Shown one piece after another: positions 9,539-36,739 of a stretch of DNA of 64,000 nucleotides. Source of the DNA: Cenarchaeum sp. (GTDB taxonomy: Archaea > Thermoproteota > Nitrososphaeria > Nitrososphaerales > Nitrosopumilaceae); NCBI GenBank assembly GCA_965242695.1, contig CBDESU010000001.1:1-64000 (forward strand). The letters run 5' to 3'. The notes under the pieces were generated by a model. That model was not told the origin of the DNA. It searched no databases and worked only from the letters and a program-made list of their open reading frames with translations. Position numbers and translations under genes: made by a program. The first letter of the stretch is position 1; every line of letters starts with the position of its first letter.

Positions 9539-10222
9539 CTAGAGCGGGTACAGCCGCCTCTTTGCGTCCGTGTCGTCGACCGATATGGCCTTTGTGGGGC
9601 ACGTCTCGGCCGCGTTCATGATCTTGTTGAGGCCGGCGCCGCGCATGTTGATCACGCGCGACTTTGGGTTGAGGTTCGACTTTTTGTCTATGGAAAAGAC
9701 CGACGGCGCTATGGTCTCGCAGCTCTGGCAAGCGATGCACAGGGACGGGTCGACCTCGACGAAGAGGTTCGGCTGCTCGCGCGGCTCCCTCGCCTTGTCG
9801 CGCTCGCCGTTGCGGCCGTCGGCGTTTACGGTCCGCTCGTACTCCTTCCAGAACTTCCGCTCGTACTCCTTCCAGAACTCGGGGTTTGACTCCTCGAACT
9901 CGGACGTGTACTTTGACCAGTCCTGCTCGGGGGGCCTGCCGGCCGACGGGCCGCCGCCGCGGGGGCCCCGCCGCCCGGGCTCGGGCCTCCTCTGCGCCGG
10001 CGGCTCCTCCCGCTCCGGCCGCCCCCGCGGCGCGGCCGCCCCCGCGGCGCCGTCCTTGAGCACGCCGTACGCCTCGCTGATGGCCTGGAAGCGCCGCCCG
10101 CCGTCGGACGACCCCCTGTCGGGGTGGCACTCGAGCGCGAGCCTCCTGTAGGCGGCCTTTACCTCCTCCCTGGTCGCGCGCGGCCCCACCTTGAGCGTCG
10201 CAAGGGCCCTTTGCACGTCCAT
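9539..10222 (-). CDS. DnaJ-ferredoxin fusion protein (J domain + 4Fe-4S ferredoxin)
   Basis: HPD motif (LALECHPDRG); CIACQSCETIAP...AAETCP ferredoxin motif. Confidence 0.9.
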   Translation of the reverse strand: MDVQRALATLKVGPRATREEVKAAYRRLALECHPDRGSSDGGRRFQAISEAYGVLKDGAAGAAAPRGRPEREEPPAQRRPEPGRRGPRGGGPSAGRPPEQDWSKYTSEFEESNPEFWKEYERKFWKEYERTVNADGRNGERDKAREPREQPNLFVEVDPSLCIACQSCETIAPSVFSIDKKSNLNPKSRVINMRGAGLNKIMNAAETCPTKAISVDDTDAKRRLYPL

Positions 10223-10271
10223 GCGCGGCGTGGCATGCGGCTGCATAAAAGTCGAGCGCCCCGCCGGCGCC

Positions 10272-10784
10272 CTAGTCCACTATTCCCGTCACTCTTGCCT
10301 TGAGGTCGGACTCGTACCAGGTCGTGCGCATCTCGCCGCCGCCGGCCTCGGCAAGGTTGACCGCCGTGTGCGAGAACGGCGCGCGCGATCCGGGGGCCGA
10401 CCCGTGCGAGTGCAGCCTGCCGGCCGGTATGTACGCGGCCGTGCCGGGCGAGAGCTCGACCGTCCCGTCCGGCTCTATGGCAAACGACCTGGCGCCGCGG
10501 CCCCTCTTCCTGTAGTACGACAGGATTCCGGTCCCGCGCGTGGCCAGCAGCATCTGGCCGCCCGTGTGGACGTGCAACTTGGTCGTCGAGCCGGCCGAGA
10601 ATCTTACGTGGTACACGCGGCATCCGGCGGCCCCGAGGGCCCCGGTCAGGTCGGACAGGACGGTCCTGCCGGTAAAGTAGTCGGGGTTGACGGGCATGGG
10701 CGAGCCGTCCCTGAGGATGCTCGCCGACCGTATGGCGCCCGACGCCGGCATCGGGGCGGCCGCGCCGCGGCCCTTTCCGGCCAA
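10272..10784 (-). CDS. Cupin domain protein
   Basis: NPDYFTG, HVHTGGQML, YIPAGRLHSHG cupin motifs. Confidence 0.85.
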   Translation of the reverse strand: MAGKGRGAAAPMPASGAIRSASILRDGSPMPVNPDYFTGRTVLSDLTGALGAAGCRVYHVRFSAGSTTKLHVHTGGQMLLATRGTGILSYYRKRGRGARSFAIEPDGTVELSPGTAAYIPAGRLHSHGSAPGSRAPFSHTAVNLAEAGGGEMRTTWYESDLKARVTGIVD

Positions 10785-10785
10785 C

Positions 10786-11178
10786 TCATACCTCCTCGAG
10801 AAGCTTTGCCTTTTTCTCCTTGAACTCCTTTTCGGTGATCACCCTGGCCTTGCGGAGCTCGCCTAGCCTTGCAAGCGCCTCTAGCGCGTCCGCGCGCGAC
10901 CCGCCGGCGGGTTCGGCGCCGCGCCCGCCGCTGGACCGCGCCTGCGCCTGCGGCTCCCCCGCCGCCGCTGCCGCCTTGCCCTCTGCGACCCTCTTGCGCA
11001 GCGACTCGCTGGCCCTCTTGGCCTCGGCCGTCGTGATCTTGCCGAGCGACACGGCCGTGTCAAGGATGTCGTCGGCCTTTTTGACGCCCTGATCCACGGC
11101 CGAGTCTAGGGCCTTGTCGGCCTTTTCAAGAAAGCTCTCGATGTGGCCCTTTCGGGCCCTTCCCCTTGCGCCTGCCAC
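10786..11178 (-). CDS. SHOCT domain protein
   Basis: C-terminal LARLGELRKARVITEKEFKEKKAKLL. Confidence 0.8.
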   Translation of the reverse strand: MAGARGRARKGHIESFLEKADKALDSAVDQGVKKADDILDTAVSLGKITTAEAKRASESLRKRVAEGKAAAAAGEPQAQARSSGGRGAEPAGGSRADALEALARLGELRKARVITEKEFKEKKAKLLEEV

Positions 11179-11686
11179 GGGGGGCCGAGAGACGGCCCCC
11201 TTTTATCCGTGCCGGGCGCGGCCCCTGCGCCGCGCCGGCGCGCAGGGGGGCCGCGCATTCGCCGCAGCCGTCCCGCGCCCTGCCACGGTTGCGGCCGCCG
11301 CGTAGCGGGCCGGACCTGCGGTACCGGGTCTCGCGGGCCGCATGCCCTCTTCGCCGGACAGGCCGCCTGGCCAGCAGGCTGCGACCGCCCGCGCCCTGCG
11401 CGCCTCGAGATGCTGCCCGAACGCTCCCCTGCACGCCGCAGTTCGCGCGCACCGGCAGGCCCCTCCCGCATTCTTCAGGCTCCGGCGATGCGCGCATGGG
11501 CTGGCGCGCCATGGGCCGCGCGCCGCGCAGGCGCGGGGCTGCTGCGCGCCGCGCCGCAGTTGTGCCGCCTGCCTTGGATATCCCTGCCGTCCTTGTGCTG
11601 CAGGCCCCGCCGCGCGCAGGCCGGCGCGCCGCCCCCGCCTGCCGCCCCCGCGGACTCCTTATATTGAGGCCGCAGGGGGGCGCGGC

Positions 11687-12484
11687 ATGGCGGGCCGTTC
11701 AGGGGCGGGCAAGGGCAAGGGCGCCCGCGCCGCCGCCGCCGGAGGCAGGCGCAGGGGCGGCGCGTCCAGGGCAAGGGCCGCCGCGCCGGAGCCGGACCTG
11801 GCCGTGCTGCGCCCGCGCCTCACGGCCGATGCCGCGCGCGAGATGATCGAGCGCAAAAAGACCGACAAGTTTCGCACCATGTTCATACGCAAGCCAAAGC
11901 GGGAAGCGGTGCGCGTAGAGTCCGTCGAGATGTACTACGAGGGGATACTGGCCGCATCGGCCAGGTACACGGCGGACTACTACCGCAGGGCGGTCCATAC
12001 CATCCGCGTCGAGCGGGCCGTGCGCGAGGTCGTCGTTGCGGGAACGGTGTTTGCCGCCAAGGAGTCTGACGGCCTGTCGGGCATGATCGCGCGGCGCGGC
12101 CGCGGCAGCGTCGATGTCGAGCTCGACGAGCACGTGTACGTGGACAACTCGGCGACCGTCTACTTCGACGCGGCCGGCTCAGAGGTCGACGCCCCCTTCA
12201 AGGGGTCGCTGGAAAAGTCGTCCGAGCCGAGGCCCGAGGACGTCCTGGACGATGCGGCCGGCAGGGTTCGGGGCCTGGAAAAGGGCGCCGCCGCGGCGGC
12301 GGTCGACCTCTTGAGGGGCCGCCTGCAGGAAAAGATAGAGGGGGATGCGCGCGACCTGAACGACGAGTTTACCGTCGAGCGCCTCGCCGAGGTGTACGTG
12401 CCCGTGTACGAGGCGCGGCTCGTCGGCCCGCGCCGCAAGGCGGCCGTAATGCGAATCGATGCAGTCCGCAGGTCGGTACTCTGA
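11687..12484 (+). CDS. Conserved hypothetical protein
   Basis: CTTATATT box at 11658; globular sequence ending EVYVPVYEARLVGPRRKAAVMRIDAV. Confidence 0.7.
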   Translation: MAGRSGAGKGKGARAAAAGGRRRGGASRARAAAPEPDLAVLRPRLTADAAREMIERKKTDKFRTMFIRKPKREAVRVESVEMYYEGILAASARYTADYYRRAVHTIRVERAVREVVVAGTVFAAKESDGLSGMIARRGRGSVDVELDEHVYVDNSATVYFDAAGSEVDAPFKGSLEKSSEPRPEDVLDDAAGRVRGLEKGAAAAAVDLLRGRLQEKIEGDARDLNDEFTVERLAEVYVPVYEARLVGPRRKAAVMRIDAVRRSVL

Positions 12485-12499
12485 CGGCGGCCCGCCGGG

Positions 12500-13357
12500 C
12501 TATCCGAGCACCCTTGCAAACCGCTCGTCGCCGGCGTACCTTTCGAACTCCTTTTCGCCGCGCGCCCACGCGCGTATGGTCTTCTTGTCCATGCTGTACG
12601 CGCGGCCGAGCGACTCGGCGGCCTGGCCGGGCCGGCCCTGGGCTGCAAGGCTGCGCGCCCTTGCGTACAGGAGGCTCGCGCTCTCGCCGCGCCTGCCGAG
12701 CAGCCTCTCGAACGCGGCGAGCGCATCGCCGTGCCTGCCGGTCTCGGCGAGCTCGATGCCGCGGTGGAACTGCGCATCGTCGTGGCCGGGGTGCCCCGCG
12801 CACACTCTCTCGAAGCAGTTGAGCGCCTCTTCGTGCCTGCCCATCTTGCCGAGTACGATGCCGCGGTAGAACTGCGGCGCGGCGCCTGCGGGGTCGAGCC
12901 TTGCGGCCTCGTCGAGCTCGGCAAGGGCCCTGTCGCGCTCGCCGAGCCGGTCGCACAGCACGCCGAGGTTGAAGCGCGCCGCCGAGTACGACGGGTCGGC
13001 CTCGACGGCCCTCTCGTACCCGGCAAGGGCCGACTCGGTGTCGCCGAGCTCGGCCTGCGCGATGGCCTTGTTGTTGTGGGCGGCCGCGTCGCCCGCACTG
13101 CCGCCGCCGCGGCCGGATGCGAGCACGCCGTCAAAGCACGTGATCGCATCGCTGTACCTGCCGAGGATGTTGAGGGCGAGGCCCTTGCGGTACAGCGCCT
13201 CGGTGCTTCCGGGGTCAGCCCTGAGGGCCTCGTCTAGCACCTTTACGGCCGCCTTGGCCTCGCCGCGCCCGATCAGCGCGACGGCCCTGTGCACCATGTC
13301 CTCGGTGGCCGTACCGGACTTTGCGCCCCCGCCGGCGATGCGCGAGAAAAAGCCCAT
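12500..13357 (-). CDS. Tetratricopeptide repeat protein
   Basis: Multiple TPR units (ALYRKGLALNILGRYSDAITCFD, AHNNKAIA, FYRGIVLGKMGRHEEAL). Confidence 0.9.
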   Translation of the reverse strand: MGFFSRIAGGGAKSGTATEDMVHRAVALIGRGEAKAAVKVLDEALRADPGSTEALYRKGLALNILGRYSDAITCFDGVLASGRGGGSAGDAAAHNNKAIAQAELGDTESALAGYERAVEADPSYSAARFNLGVLCDRLGERDRALAELDEAARLDPAGAAPQFYRGIVLGKMGRHEEALNCFERVCAGHPGHDDAQFHRGIELAETGRHGDALAAFERLLGRRGESASLLYARARSLAAQGRPGQAAESLGRAYSMDKKTIRAWARGEKEFERYAGDERFARVLG

Positions 13358-13422
13358 GCCGGAGGGCGCGCGCGGCCGCTAAAAAGGGCTTTTGCGGACG
13401 GCGCGGCCTCGCCAGCGGCCCG

Positions 13423-14775
13423 CTACGCTAGCGCGCGCTGCGCGAACCGCCCGGCGGCCTCGACGAGGGCGCCTATGTCGCCGTCGCCGTGCGCCGCCGA
13501 CAGGGCCCCCATCTTTCCGGGCAGGAAGAATATGCCATCGCCGGCGATCATCTCAAAGTGGTGCCTGCGCAGCATCTCCGTGTCGCACGCGGCCGCATCG
13601 GACGCGCTCCTCACGGCGGGCCGCCCCTTCCCGCCGCCGGCAGGAGCAAAGTGCGCCATGAACAGCGAGCCGGTCCCCGTCACGGCTGCCGACTCGCCTA
13701 GGGCGCCGGCGAGCCCGTCGCGCGCGCGCCTGCCCATCGCGCCGAGCCGATCGTACAGGGATCCGCTCCTGCCAAGCTCGCGCAGCGTCGCCGCGCCGGC
13801 TGCCATCGTGACCGGGTTGGCCGAGAACGTGCCGCCGCCGATGTACGAGCGCTCCTCGCGCGGGGGCCCCGCCGGCCCAGTGTCGCACGCGCGCATCGCC
13901 GCATCCGTGCCGCATATGGCCCCGATGGGAAACCCGCCGCCGGCTATCTTGCCGAGCAGGACTATATCGGGGTCGAGGCCCATCTCTTCGTACGCGCACC
14001 CGTACCGCAGCCTGAACCCCGTCACGATCTCGTCGAGGATGAAGAGGGCGCCGCTGCTGCGCGCAAACTCCTGCAGGCCCCTCAGGTAGTCCGGCTCGGC
14101 CGGGATGCCGCCCCCGCCGCCGAGGACGGGCTCTACGACGATGCAAGCCAGGGTATGGCGGACGGACTCTAGCGAGGCGAGCGCCGCGTCCAGGTCGTTG
14201 TACGGGACGGACACTACGTGCCCAGAGTCGACGAGCCCCGAGCTCTCGGGCATGTCGTACGGCCAGTTGACGGTCTTGAGCAGCTCGGACGCGTACCCGT
14301 GCCAGCCGCCGTCGACCTTTGCGGCCGTCGGCCGCCCTGTAAGGGACCTTGCCAGGCGGACGGCGTACATCGCCGCCTCGGTCCCCGTAGACGTGTACCT
14401 GATCTTCTCGGCGGCCGGCACCGCAGACCGTATGGCCTCGGACAGGGCCATCGTCGGCTCGCTTACGGTCCCGTGCATCCACCCCCTCCCGATCTGGTCC
14501 GAGACGGCATCGGCGACCTGGCGCGGGGCGTGCCCGAGTATAAGGCTCCAGTGGCCCATCCAGTAGTCTGTGTACGAGTTGCCGTCGACGTCCGTGATGC
14601 GGCTGCCCGACGCGGACCTGGCCACGAACGGGTGCGGCTCGAAGAAGCGTATGTTGTGGTGCACGCCGTTCACGTGCAGCTCGCGCGAGCGGGCGAACGC
14701 GCGGGCCGACAGCGGCGTGCGCCGCGCGTACTCCGAGGCCGCCTCACCGCCCGCCGCCTTCCCGATGCCGTCCAT
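13423..14775 (-). CDS. hemL: Glutamate-1-semialdehyde 2,1-aminomutase-like class III aminotransferase (GSAT)
   Basis: [50 protein letters not shown] (PLP Lys), GGTFSANP. Confidence 0.85.
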   Translation of the reverse strand: MDGIGKAAGGEAASEYARRTPLSARAFARSRELHVNGVHHNIRFFEPHPFVARSASGSRITDVDGNSYTDYWMGHWSLILGHAPRQVADAVSDQIGRGWMHGTVSEPTMALSEAIRSAVPAAEKIRYTSTGTEAAMYAVRLARSLTGRPTAAKVDGGWHGYASELLKTVNWPYDMPESSGLVDSGHVVSVPYNDLDAALASLESVRHTLACIVVEPVLGGGGGIPAEPDYLRGLQEFARSSGALFILDEIVTGFRLRYGCAYEEMGLDPDIVLLGKIAGGGFPIGAICGTDAAMRACDTGPAGPPREERSYIGGGTFSANPVTMAAGAATLRELGRSGSLYDRLGAMGRRARDGLAGALGESAAVTGTGSLFMAHFAPAGGGKGRPAVRSASDAAACDTEMLRRHHFEMIAGDGIFFLPGKMGALSAAHGDGDIGALVEAAGRFAQRALA

Positions 14776-14957
14776 GGGCGGCGGCCGCGCCGCCGCAATT
14801 TATTCGGCATGTGCGGCCATTCCTCCGCGGCCCACCGCCCGCCCGCCATCTGCGGGCCGCGCGGATGCCGAGCCTAGGCGCGCCCCCGCCCTGGCCCGCC
14901 GCCCGCTCCTACCGAGGACGCGGCTGCACGGCGTCGGGGGCCGCGAGCCCGCCCCCG

Positions 14958-15673
14958 CTATGCGTAGTAATAGCGGTAGCCGCACATTCCCATGCGCGGG
15001 GAGTTGGCGACGGAAAGAAGGTGCGTCTCCTCGCCGTTGTCCCCCTCTGCGTGGCTGTGCTTTTTTGCGCACGATGCGCACATTAGCGTCTCCCTGTCCT
15101 CCCACGAGCAGTTGACGCACAGGCATACGGCCGTCCCCCTGCCGCCGCATACGGTGCAGTCGTACGGGATGTCGTCGTTCCTTGCCACGAGCTCGACGTC
15201 TCTGGGCTTTATGCCCGCGGCGGGGCACATCGACGCCATCTCGACGAACAGCTCGGTCGTCGTGCCGTAGTCGTACTCGTAGCGGAGCGAGCCGTACTCT
15301 GACACGACCCTGGCCGCGCCGACGTCCATCGTCGCCGTCTCGCGGTCGTCGTAGCCGAAGTCGTCCATGGTTGGGGACGACTCGTACGACGTATCGCCCG
15401 AGCTGAACGAGCTGAGGTGGCCGCAGCAGTCGACCCAGACGTCCCTGAGCAGGCCGTCGAGCGAGGCAGCGTCGCGCGCGGCCCGATGCGGACGTAGAGC
15501 CAGTGCCGTATGGGGCTGTACCCGGTGATCCGCACAAGGCAGGCGCCGCCGCCTGCGGACGGCGCGGCCCCCTTCTTGCCGGCCTTTTCCCCCAAGTGGC
15601 CGAGCAGGTGGCCGCGCATCCTGCGCAGCGTCATGGACTGGCCGCACAGCAGGCAGCTGCCGTCGGTTGGCAT
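14958..15673 (-). CDS. pRiA4b ORF-3 / IS1096 passenger TnpR-like zinc-finger protein, frameshifted near 15470
   Basis: CLLCG...HL, WLYVRIGPRATL | SLDGLLRDVWVDCCGHLSSF, YEYDYGTTTEL, LVARND..CTVC, NSPRMGMCGY. Confidence 0.75.
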
Positions 15674-15919
15674 GGGCCGGCGCCAAGATGCTTCAGTAAT
15701 AAGCATCGCGCGGGGCGGCGGCGATGCCTGGCATCAGGACGGGGCGGATCGAGGCCGCGCCCGCATCTGACCGCGCCCGGACCTGGGCCGGCCACATGGA
15801 GGAGAACCTTGTGGGCTGCGGTTCAGGGTGCCGCGTAGCGGAACCTGATGCTGGCGATCGGGGCGGCCCGGCCGCGCCTGCCACCGCTGCCGGCGGGCCA
15901 CCGCCTGCCGCGATCCGGA

Positions 15920-16528
15920 TCACGTATGTCGCCTGCCGAGGTCGACCACGCGGACGCCGAACACCTTGAGGATCATATCTGCAAACGACACAAAGTCGTG
16001 GTCGAACGTGAGCAGCTCGACCGCAACACCCCGTTCTGCCCAGTATGCCGCCGTCGAGAGTATGAGATGGTCCCCCTCGTTTGCCTCCAGGGTGGGCCGC
16101 GTTGCCTTTTTCTCGCGCTTTTCCTTGACGCGACGCCATGCGCCTACCGCGTCGGCCATCCGCGGGTCGTCCCATGCGGTCTTGTACGTGTCGCCGACCT
16201 TCCCTGCGTACTCTCCGCGGTCTTCAATTCCGAAGCGCCCGTGTAGCGATTCGGATATTTCCAGCACCGCCTTTACGACTTCTTCCCTTGCGTAGTGCGG
16301 GGCGTTCGCCGACCTTGCCGCCGACTCGACGGCCCATGCCGCGTTCTCGCGAACCTCGGCTGCGACCCTATCCGGGATCGCCAGCGCTCCCGACTCTGCC
16401 GCGCCGTCCACAGCGGCCACCGCGGCCTCCCGGTTGTGGCGCCGCACCCTGACGATCTGCCCGTCCTCCCTCCTAGCGTCAAAGTCGATAGCGTACGTGA
16501 GGATTACATTCGCATCTGCGATTTTCAC
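15920..16528 (-). CDS. PIN-domain ribonuclease (copy 1, intact)
   Basis: IADANVI (D-x-N), AEVREN, GDHLILSTA, LLTFDHDF (D-x-D) match the PIN acidic tetrad; GTG start overlaps the upstream TGA (GTGA). Confidence 0.85.
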   Translation of the reverse strand: MKIADANVILTYAIDFDARREDGQIVRVRRHNREAAVAAVDGAAESGALAIPDRVAAEVRENAAWAVESAARSANAPHYAREEVVKAVLEISESLHGRFGIEDRGEYAGKVGDTYKTAWDDPRMADAVGAWRRVKEKREKKATRPTLEANEGDHLILSTAAYWAERGVAVELLTFDHDFVSFADMILKVFGVRVVDLGRRHT

Positions 16529-17937
16529 GACTCCGATATCACCTTGAGCATGTCGCGGGCAGCTTTTTCGGCCTCTACCCTGTCCCACTTGAAGTTCGGT
16601 CCATCCTCCCTGGCCTCTGCTATGCCCCTTGACCTGCAGTATCCGACGAACAGCGCGTACATGTCCTGGATGTCGGGGTACGGCGGGCCCAGCGCATACG
16701 TCCTCGGATGCGGCCTCTGGTCGAACACGACGAGCGAGCACAGAGACAGCATGTCCCCCGCCAAGGCGGCCGCGACGGCCCACTGCTCGCCTGGCGCATC
16801 GCGCGCCTGCGAGAGCATGTCGGGTATGCGCCTGGCCATGTGCACTGCCGGGATCGCATGCACTTCGCCGAACGCAATGCCGTTGCCGATCTCGCGCTTT
16901 ATGCGCTCGGCCGTCCCCTTCAGCCCCTCCAGCACTGCGGCGCGTCCGCCGCCTCCGCCTCCATCGCCGTCGAACGCGGGCGCCGCGCCCGCGCCGCAGG
17001 CCTCTTCCAGGGCGGCATACGCGCCGATCCGGGCCACGCGGCGCGACGATGCGGCGATGCGGGATGAGATGCCGCCCTCCTTGTCCAGCCGCTCGCCTAG
17101 CCTGCCGATCATGTCGATTCCCCTGTCGGTAAGGTCGTAGTAGTAGGGCCGCTCGCAGAGGATGCTGTAACCTAGGATGACATCTTCGACGACAAGGTGG
17201 TGGAACCTCTCCATGTCTGCCCCCAGCCCCGCGCAGCCGGGCAGGCGCGACCCCGACGGCGCGTACAGGTCCAGCCCGCACTCGGCCTGCACGAGCAGCG
17301 ATGCGGCGCCGAGCTCGGCCCTCGAGCGCACGGTCCCAGATGCCGAGATCACGGACATTGGAAGGATCAGGCGGAGGGGGACGGTGGCGGGATCGAGCTG
17401 CCGCGGGTCCGGCCGCATGCCGGCCTCGAGCGCGCGGGGGACGTGGTAGGGATCTAGCTTGCATGCCCGCGCCCGCGCCTCTGCCGACTCTTCGCGGCGG
17501 CCGAGGTGATCTAGCACCCTTGCCATGTCGAGCTGGGAGCCGGAATGCCCCGGCTCCTCGTCGGCCAGGTCGCGGTACAGCGCCTCCGCCTCTTCGTACC
17601 TGCCCAGCCGCTCGAGCATGCGCGCGCGGTTGTCGGCGCGGCGGCCTCCGAAATGGTCGCGCGGGGGCGGGTTGGGGAGGAGCTTTTCAAGGGCCCTGCG
17701 GTACCCGCCGTACTCGATGCCCTCGCGTATGCCGTACAGGTTGTGCCTGGGGTCGTACCTGCTCAGTATGTCGTGAATGGTGGTCAGGAAAGGGACGGAC
17801 ATGTAATCGTCGACCAGATCTTGGTCGAGTAGACTGCGCGAGCCCGCGTCCTCGCGCTCCTGCCCCTGCCGAGTCGCCGTAGCCGACCCGCCTTTCTTGG
17901 CCTCTGTCTTGCGCACCTGTTCTACCTCTTGTGCCAA
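16525..17937 (-). CDS. TPR + winged-helix-like protein (470 aa), putative PIN partner (copy 1)
   Basis: TPR pair (RARMLERLGRYEEAEALY, MARVLDHLGRREES); YYYDLTDRG wing-like motif; TTG start about 25 nt behind aaagacTTAAg. Confidence 0.75.
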   Translation of the reverse strand: MAQEVEQVRKTEAKKGGSATATRQGQEREDAGSRSLLDQDLVDDYMSVPFLTTIHDILSRYDPRHNLYGIREGIEYGGYRRALEKLLPNPPPRDHFGGRRADNRARMLERLGRYEEAEALYRDLADEEPGHSGSQLDMARVLDHLGRREESAEARARACKLDPYHVPRALEAGMRPDPRQLDPATVPLRLILPMSVISASGTVRSRAELGAASLLVQAECGLDLYAPSGSRLPGCAGLGADMERFHHLVVEDVILGYSILCERPYYYDLTDRGIDMIGRLGERLDKEGGISSRIAASSRRVARIGAYAALEEACGAGAAPAFDGDGGGGGGRAAVLEGLKGTAERIKREIGNGIAFGEVHAIPAVHMARRIPDMLSQARDAPGEQWAVAAALAGDMLSLCSLVVFDQRPHPRTYALGPPYPDIQDMYALFVGYCRSRGIAEAREDGPNFKWDRVEAEKAARDMLKVISES

Positions 17938-18991
17938 CGCGCTGCCCCCTGCACCTCCCCCCTTAAGTCTTTTCGTGAAGGCCGCGGGCGTGCGCGGCCC
18001 ACCGCGTGCAGCGGCCGCCTCCGCCAGCATGCCGGTCACTGTCCCCGCCCGCCGGCCGCTGCGGCCCCGCCCTCATGCCTGACCGCCGAGGCCTTGGACG
18101 TCCCTGCCGAGCACCTGTGTCGGACATGCACTACAGCGCATGCCGTCCTGCACTCCGCGGAGGACGGCTGCAGGTGGCGGGTGCGGGAACGGACGGATGC
18201 CTCCTACCTGCGATCCTCCCGGCCGCCGGCAAGACTCCTGTGGCGGCACTTGGCCGCACTGCGGCGTCTGCCCTGTAGGGGGCGGATGAGGCCCGCCGAC
18301 CTCTTGGCGCCGCGGCACACCGTGCCACTCCATCGGCCGCCGCCGCAGGATCCTGCCTCTCCCTCCTCCGATTGCCTCCGTTGGAAGTCCACTGAATGGC
18401 TGCCCAGATGTTGCCGCGGCGCCCCCTAGCTCCTGCGGGCGGCGCGACCGCGCCGCCACACGGGTGTGTCGTGGGTCTGCCGCCGACGAATTGCAAAGGC
18501 CTTTATCGTAGCGCCGTTTAAGGCACGGGCGTGAGCATGCGCCGCCCGTTCCGCGCCGCGCAGGGAAGGGTGGCCAGATCGGCCGCGGCGCGCATCCTGC
18601 CGCGCGGCCCGTGCACAGGATCGGATGAGCACTGCGGCGGCGCGGGCCGGGAGGCGGGGGCGCCGCATATCGGCGCGAGACGGGGCGGCCACACGGCTGG
18701 CCATGCTCGGGGACGGGCGGGCTGGCCGCGCGGCCCGCCACGTGACGACGCCCGCCTCGCAGCGGGCGGCCTGCAAGTCCGGTGCGGCATCGGGTGCATG
18801 CGCACGGACATCCTGGTGGGGGGGGGGGGCGGCGGCGCCCCGCGAGCGGCAGGGCCGCGGCGCGCCGCGTCTAGGGCCGCGGCGAAAGCAGGATTTCCAG
18901 GCTGCCTGCGCGAGGGATGCTGCGCGAGCGGCAGGGCCGCGGCGCGACGCGGCCGCAGCGGATGCGAAGGCGGGCGCTTTCGACGAGGAGG

Positions 18992-35956
<16,965 letters not shown>

Positions 35957-36133
35957 TCATGAATGCGGTCCGCCGTGTTGGGTGGATGGGGCGAATGGGG
36001 CCTTTGCGCGGGGATTGCCGCGCCGCGGGCCTAGGATCGAGCCGCCGCCGGGCGACGACTGCTCTCCAGACACGCCGGCCATGCGCCCGGCCTTGCCGCC
36101 TCCCCCTTTTTGCGTCGCCACGCCTTGCCGGGA

Positions 36134-36739
36134 TCACGTATGCCGCCTGCCGAGGTCGACGACGCGGACGCCGAACACCTTGAGGATCATACCTGCAAAC
36201 GACACAAAGTCGTGGTCGAACGTGATCAGCTCGACCGCAACGCCCCGTTCTGCCCAGTATGCAGCCGTCGAGAGTATGAGATGGTCCCCCTCGTTTGCCT
36301 CCAGGGTGGGCCGCGTTGCCCTTTTCCCTCGCTTCTCCTTGACGCGACGCCATGCGCCTATCGCGTCGGCCATCTTGGGGTCGTCCCATGCGGTCTTGTA
36401 CATGCCGCCGACCCTCCCTGTGTGATCCTTGCGGTCTGATGCGAAAGCGCCCGTGCAACGATTCGGATATTTCCAGCACCGCCTTTACGACTTCCTCCCT
36501 TGCGTAGTGCGGCGATTCGCCGACCTTGCCGCCGACTCGACGGCCCCCTCCGCAACCCTGCGAACCTCGGCTGCGGCCACATCCGGGATCCTGAGTGTGC
36601 CCGACTCTGCCGCGCCGTCCACTGCGGCCACCGCGGCCTCCCGGTTGTGGCGCCGCACCCTGACTATCTGCCCGTCCTCCCCCCTCGCGTCAAAGTCGAT
36701 GGCGTACGTGAGGATTACATTCGCATCTACGATTTTCAC
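36134..36739 (-). pseudogene. PIN-domain ribonuclease copy 2, two frameshifts (~36515 and ~36435)
   Basis: IVDANVILTYAIDF in ORF 36485..36799, middle part in the frame of 35700..36479, C-terminus in 36134..36403. Confidence 0.75.

Larger units (their letters stand above)
15917..18123. repeat. Direct repeat copy 1 (~2.2 kb; PIN + TPR module with promoter)
   Basis: Aligns by eye with 36131-38310 from ggatcacgtatg to gcacctg.g.cgg. Confidence 0.9.

Noticed and set aside
9539-10222. DnaJ-ferredoxin fusion as a novelty
   Set aside because: Already known as a characteristic thaumarchaeal protein.
15731-15851. Possible MITE with GCATCAGG...CCTGATGC ends
   Set aside because: Only an 8-bp inverted repeat, no target-site duplication and no second copy in the window.
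18124-18990. Coding genes or structured RNA in the GC-rich gap before the giant gene
   Set aside because: ORFs are Arg/Pro/Ala-rich with no motifs, and short hairpins are expected at this GC content.
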